Source of the DNA: Gammaproteobacteria bacterium
GTDB lineage: Bacteria > Pseudomonadota > Gammaproteobacteria > GCA-001735895
Direction: 5' to 3'
DNA: 64,000 nt
Assembly (NCBI GenBank): GCA_030066085.1
Contig: JASJCI010000033.1
Location: 12,570-76,569, forward strand
Below, one piece after another: positions 48,564 to 57,969 of this stretch. The position numbers were made by a program, and so were the translations under genes. The notes below the pieces were generated by a model. The model was not told the DNA's origin and searched no databases. It was given only the letters and a program-made list of their open reading frames with translations. How positions within the stretch are numbered: the first letter of the stretch is position 1; each line of letters begins with the position of its first letter.

Positions 48564-49541
48564 CTAGCGGATAGCGCGCCCGATCCAGGTATCGCTGATG
48601 CCGAGGCGCCCGACGATGGCATCGGCAAAATTTTGCGCGGCCCTGCGCGACGGGAACCCCGACACGGCGACGCGGTAACGGGTCTCCGCGCCATCGCTGA
48701 CTTGCACGACCTGCGACTCGAAACCCGCGCCGCGAAAACGCTGGTTTACGTCGTCCGCCGCATCCGCGGAGCGTGACGAAAACAGGTAGACCGAAAAAAC
48801 CTCGACCGGCCCGGCCAGCGGCTCGCCGTTTTCGCTCGAGCCCAATGCATCGGCCTGGTTTTCGGCAAGTCTTGCCTCACCGGCGGTCGCGCCAGCCGCC
48901 AGGTCTTCGGCGGGCGGCGGGTCGACGGCAAAGGGTTGTTCGATATCAGAACTTGCGAGGGCATCGACACCCGGAGAAATCAGCCGGAACTCGCCCTTGT
49001 CGCCGGCAAAGTATTCCGTGCCGATACTGCTCAGGACGACGATATTGCGATCCACCGCGTGCGTGATTCGAACCTTGCCGCCCCGCAGCTTCAGCGCCGA
49101 CATGCCGTCGCGGCGCAGCGCGCAGACGTCACCCCGGATGCTGATTTCGGCGAACAGGGTATCTCCGAGCACGAGCGCCAGGCCGCTTTCGATTTCGCTG
49201 ACCGCGGTGTACCTGATACAGGCCCGACCCTTGTGCAGGTGCAGCTCCGGCCTGCCCTTGACCGACGAATCCTGGTCGATGGCAACCTCCACTTCGGAGT
49301 TCGAGTTGATTTGCAGGATTGCGTCGGCACCCAGGCGCAGCTCGACCTGGCCGGTTTCACCGGTTATCAGCCGGTCACCGACGACCGGCAAACTTTCGAA
49401 GTCGATTGAGGATTTTACCTCGCTGCGCAGTACCCACGCGGCCGGCTTGAGCCCGCTGATCGAAATATCGACCGCGGCACATAAACCTGCCGCCCAGGTT
49501 AACGCATACAGGGCAAACCCAATCCGTATTTTGTTCTTCAT
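48564..49541 (-). CDS. Exported FecR-like domain + SPOR domain protein
   Basis: Signal peptide; GDRL.TG..G.VEL, LQIN.NS, SIRG, G.VRI; acidic linker; C-terminal YRVAVSGF.SR..A SPOR pattern. Confidence 0.65.
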   Translation of the reverse strand: MKNKIRIGFALYALTWAAGLCAAVDISISGLKPAAWVLRSEVKSSIDFESLPVVGDRLITGETGQVELRLGADAILQINSNSEVEVAIDQDSSVKGRPELHLHKGRACIRYTAVSEIESGLALVLGDTLFAEISIRGDVCALRRDGMSALKLRGGKVRITHAVDRNIVVLSSIGTEYFAGDKGEFRLISPGVDALASSDIEQPFAVDPPPAEDLAAGATAGEARLAENQADALGSSENGEPLAGPVEVFSVYLFSSRSADAADDVNQRFRGAGFESQVVQVSDGAETRYRVAVSGFPSRRAAQNFADAIVGRLGISDTWIGRAIR

Positions 49542-49652
49542 GGTGATCGGGCCGATTGGTGTTAATCGCACGGCCCGCATGATACTGGTTTTGCCTTACT
49601 GTGTCCCCGTAAAGCGGGCAGGCGTTGCTCGTCCGCAGCCGAAAACGCCGGC

Positions 49653-50096
49653 TCAGCGACCCAGGCGCGCGATGGTTGCCGCTATCTGGCGGGCCTGGGT
49701 TTCGTTGAAATCGATATCGCGCGAGGAAAACGGGGTTTCGCGTATATCGAAAGAGGTGTAGTTCAGGGTGCCCCAGACCTGCTCGTCGACGAGAATAGGT
49801 GACGAGATATAGGCCTCGCAGGGGATATCCCGGTAGAGCGGATGCAGGCACATTCCGGGCATGCCCCCGATCTCGGTAATCGCGACGCTCGCCCGACCGT
49901 CGACGACCGCCAGGCAATAGGTTCCGGCCAGGGCAAAAATATCCCCCATCTGCGGAATACCGGTGTCTGAATCCGCCGCTATGACCTCGTAGCTGTGATC
50001 CCGGATGCGGCTGACGATGCCCACGGCCAGGCCGTGCCAGCGTTTGCCTTCGGCGAGAATCGAACCACAGAATTCCTGCAGGCCAGGCAGGCTCAT
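49653..50096 (-). CDS. Stand-alone GAF-domain protein
   Basis: GIVSRI...YEV, TYC, HPLY, EAYISSPILV...WGTLNY and R..PFS..D motifs. Confidence 0.75.
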   Translation of the reverse strand: MSLPGLQEFCGSILAEGKRWHGLAVGIVSRIRDHSYEVIAADSDTGIPQMGDIFALAGTYCLAVVDGRASVAITEIGGMPGMCLHPLYRDIPCEAYISSPILVDEQVWGTLNYTSFDIRETPFSSRDIDFNETQARQIAATIARLGR

Positions 50097-50274
50097 GCCC
50101 GGAGTCCGACGGTCATTACACTGTTCCTCCTCGAGACGAGCCTCCAATACTCGCCAGCCGGATACGGATGTCAAGCAGGCCGTGGCGCCGTCAGCAGGCA
50201 CCCGGGCGCTGCGCTGCCTCGTCGGCACGAGACGCCGCAGGAGCCTTGTTGACCGCGTTGCGAGTCGCCGCTGC

Positions 50275-51216
50275 CTATTCTTCGGCGTTGGCGAACTCGA
50301 GACCCTTGCGAATGTTGCCCTCGAGCGTTGCGCGCATGTCATCGAGCAGTTGCTGCTCGTAAGCGCTCAGCGGCGGCAGCTCGGGAATCGAGTCGACACC
50401 GGTCTTGCCCAGCACCACCGGTTGCGCGTGGAAGCTGGCGCTGTCGTCGCCGACCTGCACGTAACAGCACTCGGTCACCGTCTCACCGCCCAGTGCGGCC
50501 ACCAGCGACATCGTGAAACGCGCCGCCGCCTCGGCCATCGACAGGGTTGCAGAGCCTGCACCCGCCTTGGCCTCGACCACTTCGGTACCGGCTTCCTGGA
50601 TACGCGGGGTCAGCCTTTCGATATCGGCCTGCTCCAGCGTCACCCCGGGTACGCTCGACAGCAGCGGCAGGATAGTCACCCCGCTGTGGCCGCCGATGAC
50701 GCTGACGTTAACGTCGTGCGCACTCTTGCCGACGATTTGCGACACGAAAGTATTGGCCCGGATCACGTCGAGCGTGGTAACGCCGAACAGCTTGCGCTGA
50801 TCGTACACGCCGGCGGCCTTGAGCACTTCGGCCGCGATCGGCACGGTCGAGTTGACCGGGTTGGTCACGATCGCGAAACAGGCATCGGGACAGGCTTTTG
50901 CACCCGCCGCAACCAGCTTCTTGACGATACCGGCATTCATGTTGAACAGGTCGTCGCGGGTCATGCCCGGCTTGCGCGGTACGCCAGCCGGGATCACGAC
51001 GATATCGGCGTCTTTCATCGCCACCTCGACATCGTCTCCGACATAACCGGTGACGCAGACATCGGTCGGGATGTGACTGAGATCGGCCGCTACGCCAGGC
51101 GTAAACGGGGCGACGTCGTAGAGAGACAATTCGCTACCGGCCGGCAGCTGCAGCTTGAGCAGCAGCGAAAGGGGCTGACCGATACCGCCGGCGGCGCCGA
51201 GCACACAAACTTTCAT
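50275..51216 (-). CDS. mdh: Malate dehydrogenase (gammaproteobacterial/mitochondrial type)
   Basis: [69 protein letters not shown]. Confidence 0.97.
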   Translation of the reverse strand: MKVCVLGAAGGIGQPLSLLLKLQLPAGSELSLYDVAPFTPGVAADLSHIPTDVCVTGYVGDDVEVAMKDADIVVIPAGVPRKPGMTRDDLFNMNAGIVKKLVAAGAKACPDACFAIVTNPVNSTVPIAAEVLKAAGVYDQRKLFGVTTLDVIRANTFVSQIVGKSAHDVNVSVIGGHSGVTILPLLSSVPGVTLEQADIERLTPRIQEAGTEVVEAKAGAGSATLSMAEAAARFTMSLVAALGGETVTECCYVQVGDDSASFHAQPVVLGKTGVDSIPELPPLSAYEQQLLDDMRATLEGNIRKGLEFANAEE

Positions 51217-51445
51217 GACTGACCTCTTGAGTTCAATGCAGTAGACCGGCAATCATAGCCACGCGGCCGGCAGGGCACAAGGCGCGCACCGGCGCGCTCA
51301 CGAGGTTTAATACAGATTATTGGAGGCATTTATCGCCAGTAACCGGGACAACCCGCTGGCCACTGCCGGGTTCGGTTTCGCTGGTGCCGGCCTTGCCGCA
51401 GGCGGGACTAGCCACTGCCCGGCAAAACGCCCGCCGCGGAACAGC

Positions 51446-52588
51446 TCAGCCCAGCAAAGCCCCAACCGTCAGGCTGCCGCCATAGCCCGGGAAGACGCTG
51501 CCAATATCGGCACCACCGAGTCGCTTGATCAGCAGCTCGCTCATGACCGCACGCAGGTCGGTGGTTATCTGCAGATCTTCGTTGACAGCGATATCGAGCC
51601 CCGGCCAGTCGCCGATGACCTGGCCGCCGTTGACGCCACCGCCTACCAGGTAAGCCAGCCCCGCGGTGCCGTGATCGGTACCGAATGAACCGTTCTGCGC
51701 GATACGACGCCCGAACTCGGAGTAGACCAGCACCGTGATACGCGCCATGCCGGCGCCGAGGTCGGTGTAGAACGCGCTCAGGCCCTCGGCCAACTCGGTC
51801 AGTGAAATATCGATGTAGGTCGGCAGGCTCTCGTGATGGTCCCAGCCGTCCGAATCGACGCACACCACTTCTACCGGCAGTACCGACTTGATCAGCTGCG
51901 CCGCCTGCAGCATGCGCCTGCCGAAGGGATTATCGGGGTAAATTGCACCATTGTCGGGGGTAATCGACGCGATATCGGCTGCCTGCAGTTCATCCATCGC
52001 CGCCAGCGCGGCCGTGGCCGGGCCGGCGAACGGCACCGACCCCTGGAACAGGCTGGCGAGAACCGCCGGATACCCCGAGTCGATGATGTCCTGGTCGAGA
52101 CCGAATTCGTTGAGGTTGTCGATCGCCAGCGGCGCCGGCGCGCCCTGCAGGCTGACCGGCACGTTGCCGCTGATCGAGATCGCGCGAAACGCCGAGTCCG
52201 ACGCGGGCGTCGCCTGCTGCAGGTGGCGGCCGAGCCAGCCGCTGTCAGGCCCACTCTTCTCTATCACGCCGCGCTCGACCAGGTTTTGTGCCGCGAAGTG
52301 AGAGCGGTTGTCGTGCGGAAATCCGGTGGCCGTAACCAGCGCGAGATCGCCGGCGTCGTAAATCGGCTTCAGCGGTGCCAGCGCCGGGTGCAACGCGTAC
52401 TGGTCGGTGAGGTAGATACCGCCTCCCGGCTGGTACGGATCGGGCAGCGCGATATTCGGGCGATGCAGGTAGTAATTGGTGTCGCTGTAGGGCACCAGCG
52501 CGTTGAGCGCATCGGCCGCGCCGCGCTGGAACACGCACACCAGGATATCGCGATCGGCGGGAATGGCGGGATGGGCGGCAGCTGACAT
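51446..52588 (-). CDS. DUF1501 domain protein (no signal peptide)
   Basis: VFQRGAADALN.LVP, LHPAL, RSHF.AQ, SGWLGR, GWDHH, SEFGRR...NGS.GTDHG, GDWPGL. Confidence 0.88.
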   Translation of the reverse strand: MSAAAHPAIPADRDILVCVFQRGAADALNALVPYSDTNYYLHRPNIALPDPYQPGGGIYLTDQYALHPALAPLKPIYDAGDLALVTATGFPHDNRSHFAAQNLVERGVIEKSGPDSGWLGRHLQQATPASDSAFRAISISGNVPVSLQGAPAPLAIDNLNEFGLDQDIIDSGYPAVLASLFQGSVPFAGPATAALAAMDELQAADIASITPDNGAIYPDNPFGRRMLQAAQLIKSVLPVEVVCVDSDGWDHHESLPTYIDISLTELAEGLSAFYTDLGAGMARITVLVYSEFGRRIAQNGSFGTDHGTAGLAYLVGGGVNGGQVIGDWPGLDIAVNEDLQITTDLRAVMSELLIKRLGGADIGSVFPGYGGSLTVGALLG

Positions 52589-52609
52589 CAGTTTATGGCC
52601 TCCGACGCG

Positions 52610-54217
52610 CTAGCGCAGGTGAAAGTAAATCGAGCTGATCAGCACCGCGGCGGCCAGCGCGGCAACCGCTTGCGGCGCATCGCCGGGTAGCGGCGTGTCC
52701 GGCGGTGAGCCACCGGTCTCGTCGACCAGCCAGTCGACTATCAGCTGGCGGTGATCATCCGACAGCGGCCGCATCAACACCGCCTCGGTTACCGCGTCCA
52801 CCACGTCGTCGACCGTGTCCGACCCTGCCAGCATGGCCACGTAATCGACGTTGAATACGTCGATGCCGGGCAGGATACCGGCAAAACTCAAAAAGGACAG
52901 CCGCCAGCGATTGAGCAGGCCGCCGGTATTCGCCCAATAGTCGCTGCTGTCCGGGTAACCGTCCGGGGTCGGCCAGTAAAACGGCAGCTGGCCCAGCATG
53001 CTGCGGGTGAAAAACCAGAACTGGCCATTATCGGGCGGATAGCCGGTATCCGGCGCGAGCGCGCGCGACAGCCCGGCGAGAAATTCTCCCGGGCGGGTGA
53101 ACTTGCGATCGTAGCGATCGAGCAATTCGGCGCGCGCAAAAAGCGCCCGCAGCGTGTCGCGGATGTCGCCATTGCTCGCGCTGAATGCCGCCGCCACGGC
53201 ATCGACCGCCGCTGCCGGCGGATCATCGTCGATGAAGCGGCGGCAAAGCTTGGTCGCGATGAAACGCGCGGTGGACGGGTGCGACGCCAACAGGTCGAGC
53301 ACCGTTTCACCGTCGGCCTGGCCGCCGCCGGCCGGGATCGGCGTGGCGAGCACCGTCTTGGCCAGGTCATCGTGAATCGACGGCTCGAATACGAATTCAC
53401 CGTAGGCGCCGCCCGGGTTACCCGGCAACCGGAAAGTCCAGCCGGTGAAACAGCGCGCTACTTCCTTGACGTCGTTTTCGCTGTAACCGCCGTCGACACC
53501 GAGCGTATGCAGCTCCATCAGTTCACGCGCGTAGTTTTCGTTCGGCGCGCCGGCCTGGTTGAAAAAGTTATCGAGATAAAACAGCATCGCCGGGCTCTTG
53601 GCGGAGGCGTGCAACAGGTCGCGAAAGTTGCCGAGCGCGTGGCTGCGGATTACATCGAGATCGTCGGCCGGCTTGAGCGTCGGCCCGAGACCGTTGACCA
53701 GGTGAATATTGAAGTGGTCGCTCCAGAAGTCGACCATGACCTCGAACAGCTGCCGCTTGCTGAATATCTGCCGGAACTGGGTGGCCGCGGCCATCTCGCT
53801 GGCGACGGCGAAGATGTTGTCGGGAAAACCCGCCAGCAGGTCGGCCGGGCTCAGCCGGGTCAGCGGGAACAGGCTCGCGATATCGGCCTCCAGGGTGCCG
53901 TCGTCGATCAGCTGGTAATCGAGTTGCCACTCTAGGTAGGCGTCGATACCGAGAGTGCGAATACGCACCATCTCGTCTCGATGCGGACCGAAACTGGTCC
54001 GTTTGAGCGCAATCCATTCCGGGTCCGGGCGGGGAATGACCGGTACCGCCGTCATCGTCGACTCGTCGTCGTCACCGCCGGAACTGCTGCCGCAGCCCGG
54101 CAACAGGGTCGCCAGCGCGCCGTAGCCGATACCGCGTCCGCACAGTTTCAGGAAATCGCGGCGTTGCTGCAGCCGGCGTAGCGCCGCGACGGGATCTATT
54201 GCTGTCTTTTTTGCCAT
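52610..54217 (-). CDS. DUF1800 domain protein, Tat lipoprotein
   Basis: RRDFLK plus lipobox LPGC; QL.EVMVDFW.DHFN, PAML.YLD, PNENYARELMELHTLG, DVKEVARCFTGW, HPSTARFIA, P.PDGYP. Confidence 0.88.
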   Translation of the reverse strand: MAKKTAIDPVAALRRLQQRRDFLKLCGRGIGYGALATLLPGCGSSSGGDDDESTMTAVPVIPRPDPEWIALKRTSFGPHRDEMVRIRTLGIDAYLEWQLDYQLIDDGTLEADIASLFPLTRLSPADLLAGFPDNIFAVASEMAAATQFRQIFSKRQLFEVMVDFWSDHFNIHLVNGLGPTLKPADDLDVIRSHALGNFRDLLHASAKSPAMLFYLDNFFNQAGAPNENYARELMELHTLGVDGGYSENDVKEVARCFTGWTFRLPGNPGGAYGEFVFEPSIHDDLAKTVLATPIPAGGGQADGETVLDLLASHPSTARFIATKLCRRFIDDDPPAAAVDAVAAAFSASNGDIRDTLRALFARAELLDRYDRKFTRPGEFLAGLSRALAPDTGYPPDNGQFWFFTRSMLGQLPFYWPTPDGYPDSSDYWANTGGLLNRWRLSFLSFAGILPGIDVFNVDYVAMLAGSDTVDDVVDAVTEAVLMRPLSDDHRQLIVDWLVDETGGSPPDTPLPGDAPQAVAALAAAVLISSIYFHLR

Positions 54218-54314
54218 GAACAGTTCAGCCCCGATACACCGGGGACAGGTTGCGCCAGTTTAACTGAATCGAGGCTGAATGAGTGTGAAGTCCTTCACCC
54301 TGTGACGCCGCGCG

Positions 54315-55418
54315 TCAGGCCGCACTGTCGACGGGCCGATACACGTAGCGCAGCTGGATCATGCCCGCGCCGAGCCCGAACAGCATCAGCAGCAACAGCA
54401 CCAGGCCGCCGAGCAGCGGCACGGCCTGCACCAGCCCGAGCAGCAGCAGCACCGCGGCGAGCGAGATCAGCCGGCGACCGGAGGTTTCCACCGATTGGCG
54501 CAGCAAGCGGGCGCCGCGCTCGCCGAGATAAAAGCACCCCAGCAGAAAACCCGCCAGCAAGGCCACGCCGTAAAGCGCGAGCAGCGCGAGACCGACCCAG
54601 AATCCCAGCAGGATCAGCATCAGCAGCGCGGCCAGGAACGGGGTGGCGACCAGGAAGAGGAAACCGAGCCCCAGGCAGCTCCAGGGATCGACACCGATGC
54701 GCCGCGCTGCCGCCACGGTGTAACGCGGAAACAGCAGGTAGAGGGTTATGCCGGCGACCAGCAGCGCAATGCTGAAGAACAGACCGAATCCGCGGTCGGC
54801 GTAAGCCGCGTTGTTGTCGTGTTCGAGCACGCCGCCGACGTCGGCACTCGCGCGTTCGGGCAGGGCTTCCGGACTGCGGTAGCGCAGATCACCGCCGACG
54901 CTTGCGCCCGGCAGCCACTCGATACGGTTCGCTTCGAGCTCGACATCACCCAGCACCCGCGCGGAGATGCGAATGCTGCCGCCGTAAGCCGCGAGATTAC
55001 CGTCTATGGTGCCGCCGATATCGATTTCACCGCCCGCCAGCCAGGCATTGCCGCCGATCGCGGAACCCGCTTGCAGCTCGATTCGCCCGCCGCTGGCGAC
55101 GAGATCGTCACCCGCGCTGATTGCCAGCTGAATCTCTCCGCCCGCCAGCCGCAGATCGTCGGCCACGTCCGCGCTGATCTCGAGCCTGCCGCCGGCCGCG
55201 ATCAGGTCGCCGGCAACGCGATGTCCCAGCCTGAGCTCGCCGCCGGCAACCACCACGTCGCCGGCCACGTCCGCGTCGAGCTCGATGCGCCCGCCGGCGG
55301 CATAATAGTCGTCGGCAACGACGCCCTGGCGGGTAATGCTGTCGCTCGCTTGCGGGTTGGCGGCCGCGGCGCCACTGCCCGCAAGCAGTGTCGCCAGCAG
55401 CAGGCAAAGCCTGCGCAC
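54315..55418 (-). CDS. Exported beta-helix (bactofilin-like) repeat protein with C-terminal multi-TM anchor
   Basis: Signal peptide; about eight 17-aa repeats (V.GD...AGG.I.I); about five C-terminal TM helices. Confidence 0.75.
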   Translation of the reverse strand: MRRLCLLLATLLAGSGAAAANPQASDSITRQGVVADDYYAAGGRIELDADVAGDVVVAGGELRLGHRVAGDLIAAGGRLEISADVADDLRLAGGEIQLAISAGDDLVASGGRIELQAGSAIGGNAWLAGGEIDIGGTIDGNLAAYGGSIRISARVLGDVELEANRIEWLPGASVGGDLRYRSPEALPERASADVGGVLEHDNNAAYADRGFGLFFSIALLVAGITLYLLFPRYTVAAARRIGVDPWSCLGLGFLFLVATPFLAALLMLILLGFWVGLALLALYGVALLAGFLLGCFYLGERGARLLRQSVETSGRRLISLAAVLLLLGLVQAVPLLGGLVLLLLMLFGLGAGMIQLRYVYRPVDSAA

Positions 55419-55422
55419 GGAA

Positions 55423-55749
55423 TCAGTCCTCGCCGTTAGCGTCGCTTTGATCTGCCAGTTTGGCCGGCCGGGGTTCGCCCTTCGGCCAGGCGCCGAACGG
55501 GTAAGGATGGTATTCGCTGTTGAAACTCAGAAACTGGTAACACTGGTAAAGGTAGGTTGCGAGTCCCTGCCCGAGCTTGCGCAGGCGTTCGTTGGTCTCG
55601 CCGGCAAACAGCTTGAGCAGGAACTGGAACAGCACGACCGCGGCCAGCACGATTTCCGCGATACTGAGAAAAATGATGTACAGCAGCATGTACAGACCGC
55701 GAGACCAGGTCGACTGGCTTTTCAGGTTTTGCTTGACGTCATCGCTCAT
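55423..55749 (-). CDS. DUF4389 domain membrane protein
   Basis: W.RGLYMLL, QFL..LF.G..N..L..LGQ.L..Y, FL.FNSE..P.PF..WP. Confidence 0.85.
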   Translation of the reverse strand: MSDDVKQNLKSQSTWSRGLYMLLYIIFLSIAEIVLAAVVLFQFLLKLFAGETNERLRKLGQGLATYLYQCYQFLSFNSEYHPYPFGAWPKGEPRPAKLADQSDANGED

Positions 55750-55962
55750 GGTTACGCTTCCCCTCTTGTTGGACTAACCATATATGTGCACAACTTACAA
55801 AATCCAGCAAGCGCCGGCTTGACCTGCCTCAAACAGGCAGCGTCGAAGCCGGCCTAGAATCGAGTCCTGCACCCGCGCGTTCAGCCCGGGTCAAGCTCGT
55901 ATCGCTAATGTTTCGGGTATGATTACCCGCAGGGAACCAAGCTGGAAGGAGACGATCAGCAG

Positions 55963-56739
55963 GTGAAGATTTCCACCGTTTACCGCCGCCTGGCGAGCCT
56001 CGCACTGGCGCTGCTGCTGGTTAACGCGCCACTGCATGCAAGCGAGCTGCCACCCGACCCGCGCGAACTGATTCGCGCGGCGATGGATCACTGGCGCGGG
56101 CTGAACTCGGTATCCGAAATGACGATGACCGTGCATCGCAGCGACTGGGAGCGCAGTTTTTCGATGCGCGCCTGGACCGAGGGCGACAAGCTGTCGCTGG
56201 TGCGCGTCATCGAGCCGAAGCGCGATGCCGGCAACGGCACCCTCGTGATCGACCAGAAGATGTGGACTTACTCGCCCAAGATCAATCGCATCATCAAGGT
56301 ACCGTCGTCGATGATGAACCAGAGCTGGATGGGCAGCGACTTTTCCAACAAGGACATCAGCAAGTCGACCGACGTGATCGACCAGTACGATCACCGGCTG
56401 CTCGGCAGCGAGCAACGCGACGGCCGCACCGTGTACACGATCGAAGCGATCCCGCACGAGGAAGCGGCGGTAGTCTGGGGCAAGGAAGTGTTTGCGATTC
56501 GCGACGATTACGTCCTGTTGCGGCAGGAATTCTGGGACCAGGACGGCGTGCTGGTGAAGCGCATGGACGCGACCGAGCTCACGCTGATGGACGGTCGCAC
56601 GGTGGCGTCACGCATGCGCATGTACAAGCTCGAGTCGCCCGAGGAGTGGACCGAAATGGTGGTCGACGAGGTCGACTTCGACGTCGACATGGAGGCCAAC
56701 GTTTTCACCCTGTCGAATCTCAGGAATCCGCGCCGGTGA
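55963..56739 (+). CDS. LolA-like outer-membrane lipoprotein-sorting protein
   Basis: Signal peptide; P.RDAGN.TL, MW.YSPKINR.IK, QSWMGSDFSN.D and FT.SNLRNP motifs. Confidence 0.85.
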   Translation: MKISTVYRRLASLALALLLVNAPLHASELPPDPRELIRAAMDHWRGLNSVSEMTMTVHRSDWERSFSMRAWTEGDKLSLVRVIEPKRDAGNGTLVIDQKMWTYSPKINRIIKVPSSMMNQSWMGSDFSNKDISKSTDVIDQYDHRLLGSEQRDGRTVYTIEAIPHEEAAVVWGKEVFAIRDDYVLLRQEFWDQDGVLVKRMDATELTLMDGRTVASRMRMYKLESPEEWTEMVVDEVDFDVDMEANVFTLSNLRNPRR

Positions 56740-57968
56740 ACGACGTCTCGCTGCGACTGGCGTGGCGTAACCTGTGGCGGCGCTGGCGGCGCACCTGGCT
56801 GACGCTGGGCGCGATGATTTTTTCCAATTGCCTGCTGATCTTTGCCATATCGCTGCAGTTCGGCAGTTACTCGATGATGATCGACAACACGCTGCTGGCC
56901 TTCGGCGGTCATCTTCAGCTACAGCACCCCGAATACCTGGACAACCCGCGCATGCGCCACGCGATCGTCGACGCGGATCAGCTGGCCGATTCGATGCGTA
57001 GCGAGCTCGACCTGCCCGGCATCAGCGTGCGCGCGAGCGGGTTTGCGCTGGTTTCGAGCGCCGAGCGATCCTATGGCCTGCAGATTCTCGGCGTCGACCC
57101 AAGCCACGAGCCACGGGTATCCACCCTGCCGGGGCTGATCCGCGAGGGACGCTACCTGCAGCCCGGCGGCGGCGCCGAAATCGTGATCGGCACCGTGCTG
57201 GCGCGCAACCTGCGGATCGGTGTCGGCGACGAGCTGACCTTCATCGGCAGCGGTTTCGACGACTCCTTCGCCGCCGGTATCGTTACCGTGGTCGGTATTT
57301 TCGATTCCGGCATGGCCGACCTGGACCGCTCGCTGGCACAGGTCGACATGCAGTACTTCGACGAGACTTTCGCCATGCGCGGTCACGCGCACACGATCGT
57401 CGTGCGCGCGGCGCAGGTCGACGATACCGAGATCCTGCAGGCACGCCTCGACGAAGGCGCCGGTGTACGCGACGACGTCGACGTGCGCCACTGGGACGAA
57501 CTCCAGCCCGGCCTGCGCCAGGCGATCCAGACCGACCTCGCGAGCAACTCCTTCATGTACGTGGTGCTGGTAGTACTGGTCGCGTTCAGCGTGCTCAATA
57601 CGCAGCTGATGTCGGTGCTCGAGCGCACGCGCGAATTCGGCGTGATGCTTGCGCTCGGACTGCAGCCGGCACGCCTCGCTCGCCTGGTCATGCTGGAGAC
57701 GGCACTGATGACCGGCCTCGGCATGCTGCTCGGCATCCTGGCCGGTGCCCTGCTCGTCGGCTACCTGAAGCAGGTCGGCTTTGCCTACCCCGGGATGGAG
57801 GAAATGGCGTCCAGGTTCAACCTGCCCGACCGTCTCTACCCGGAAATCTCGCTGTTCACGCTGACCGCGGGGCCGGCGGTGGTCGCGCTCGCGAGCCTGC
57901 TCGCGGCGCTCTACCCGGCGCTGCGGCTGTACCTGCTGCGGCCGATCGCGGCCATGCGGGCGGTATGA
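56736..57968 (+). CDS. FtsX/MacB-like ABC permease
   Basis: LAWRNLWR..RRT, GHLQLQH, periplasmic domain, SVLERTREFGVM.ALG; GTG start overlaps the upstream stop. Confidence 0.88.
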   Translation: MNDVSLRLAWRNLWRRWRRTWLTLGAMIFSNCLLIFAISLQFGSYSMMIDNTLLAFGGHLQLQHPEYLDNPRMRHAIVDADQLADSMRSELDLPGISVRASGFALVSSAERSYGLQILGVDPSHEPRVSTLPGLIREGRYLQPGGGAEIVIGTVLARNLRIGVGDELTFIGSGFDDSFAAGIVTVVGIFDSGMADLDRSLAQVDMQYFDETFAMRGHAHTIVVRAAQVDDTEILQARLDEGAGVRDDVDVRHWDELQPGLRQAIQTDLASNSFMYVVLVVLVAFSVLNTQLMSVLERTREFGVMLALGLQPARLARLVMLETALMTGLGMLLGILAGALLVGYLKQVGFAYPGMEEMASRFNLPDRLYPEISLFTLTAGPAVVALASLLAALYPALRLYLLRPIAAMRAV

Positions 57969-57969
57969 C

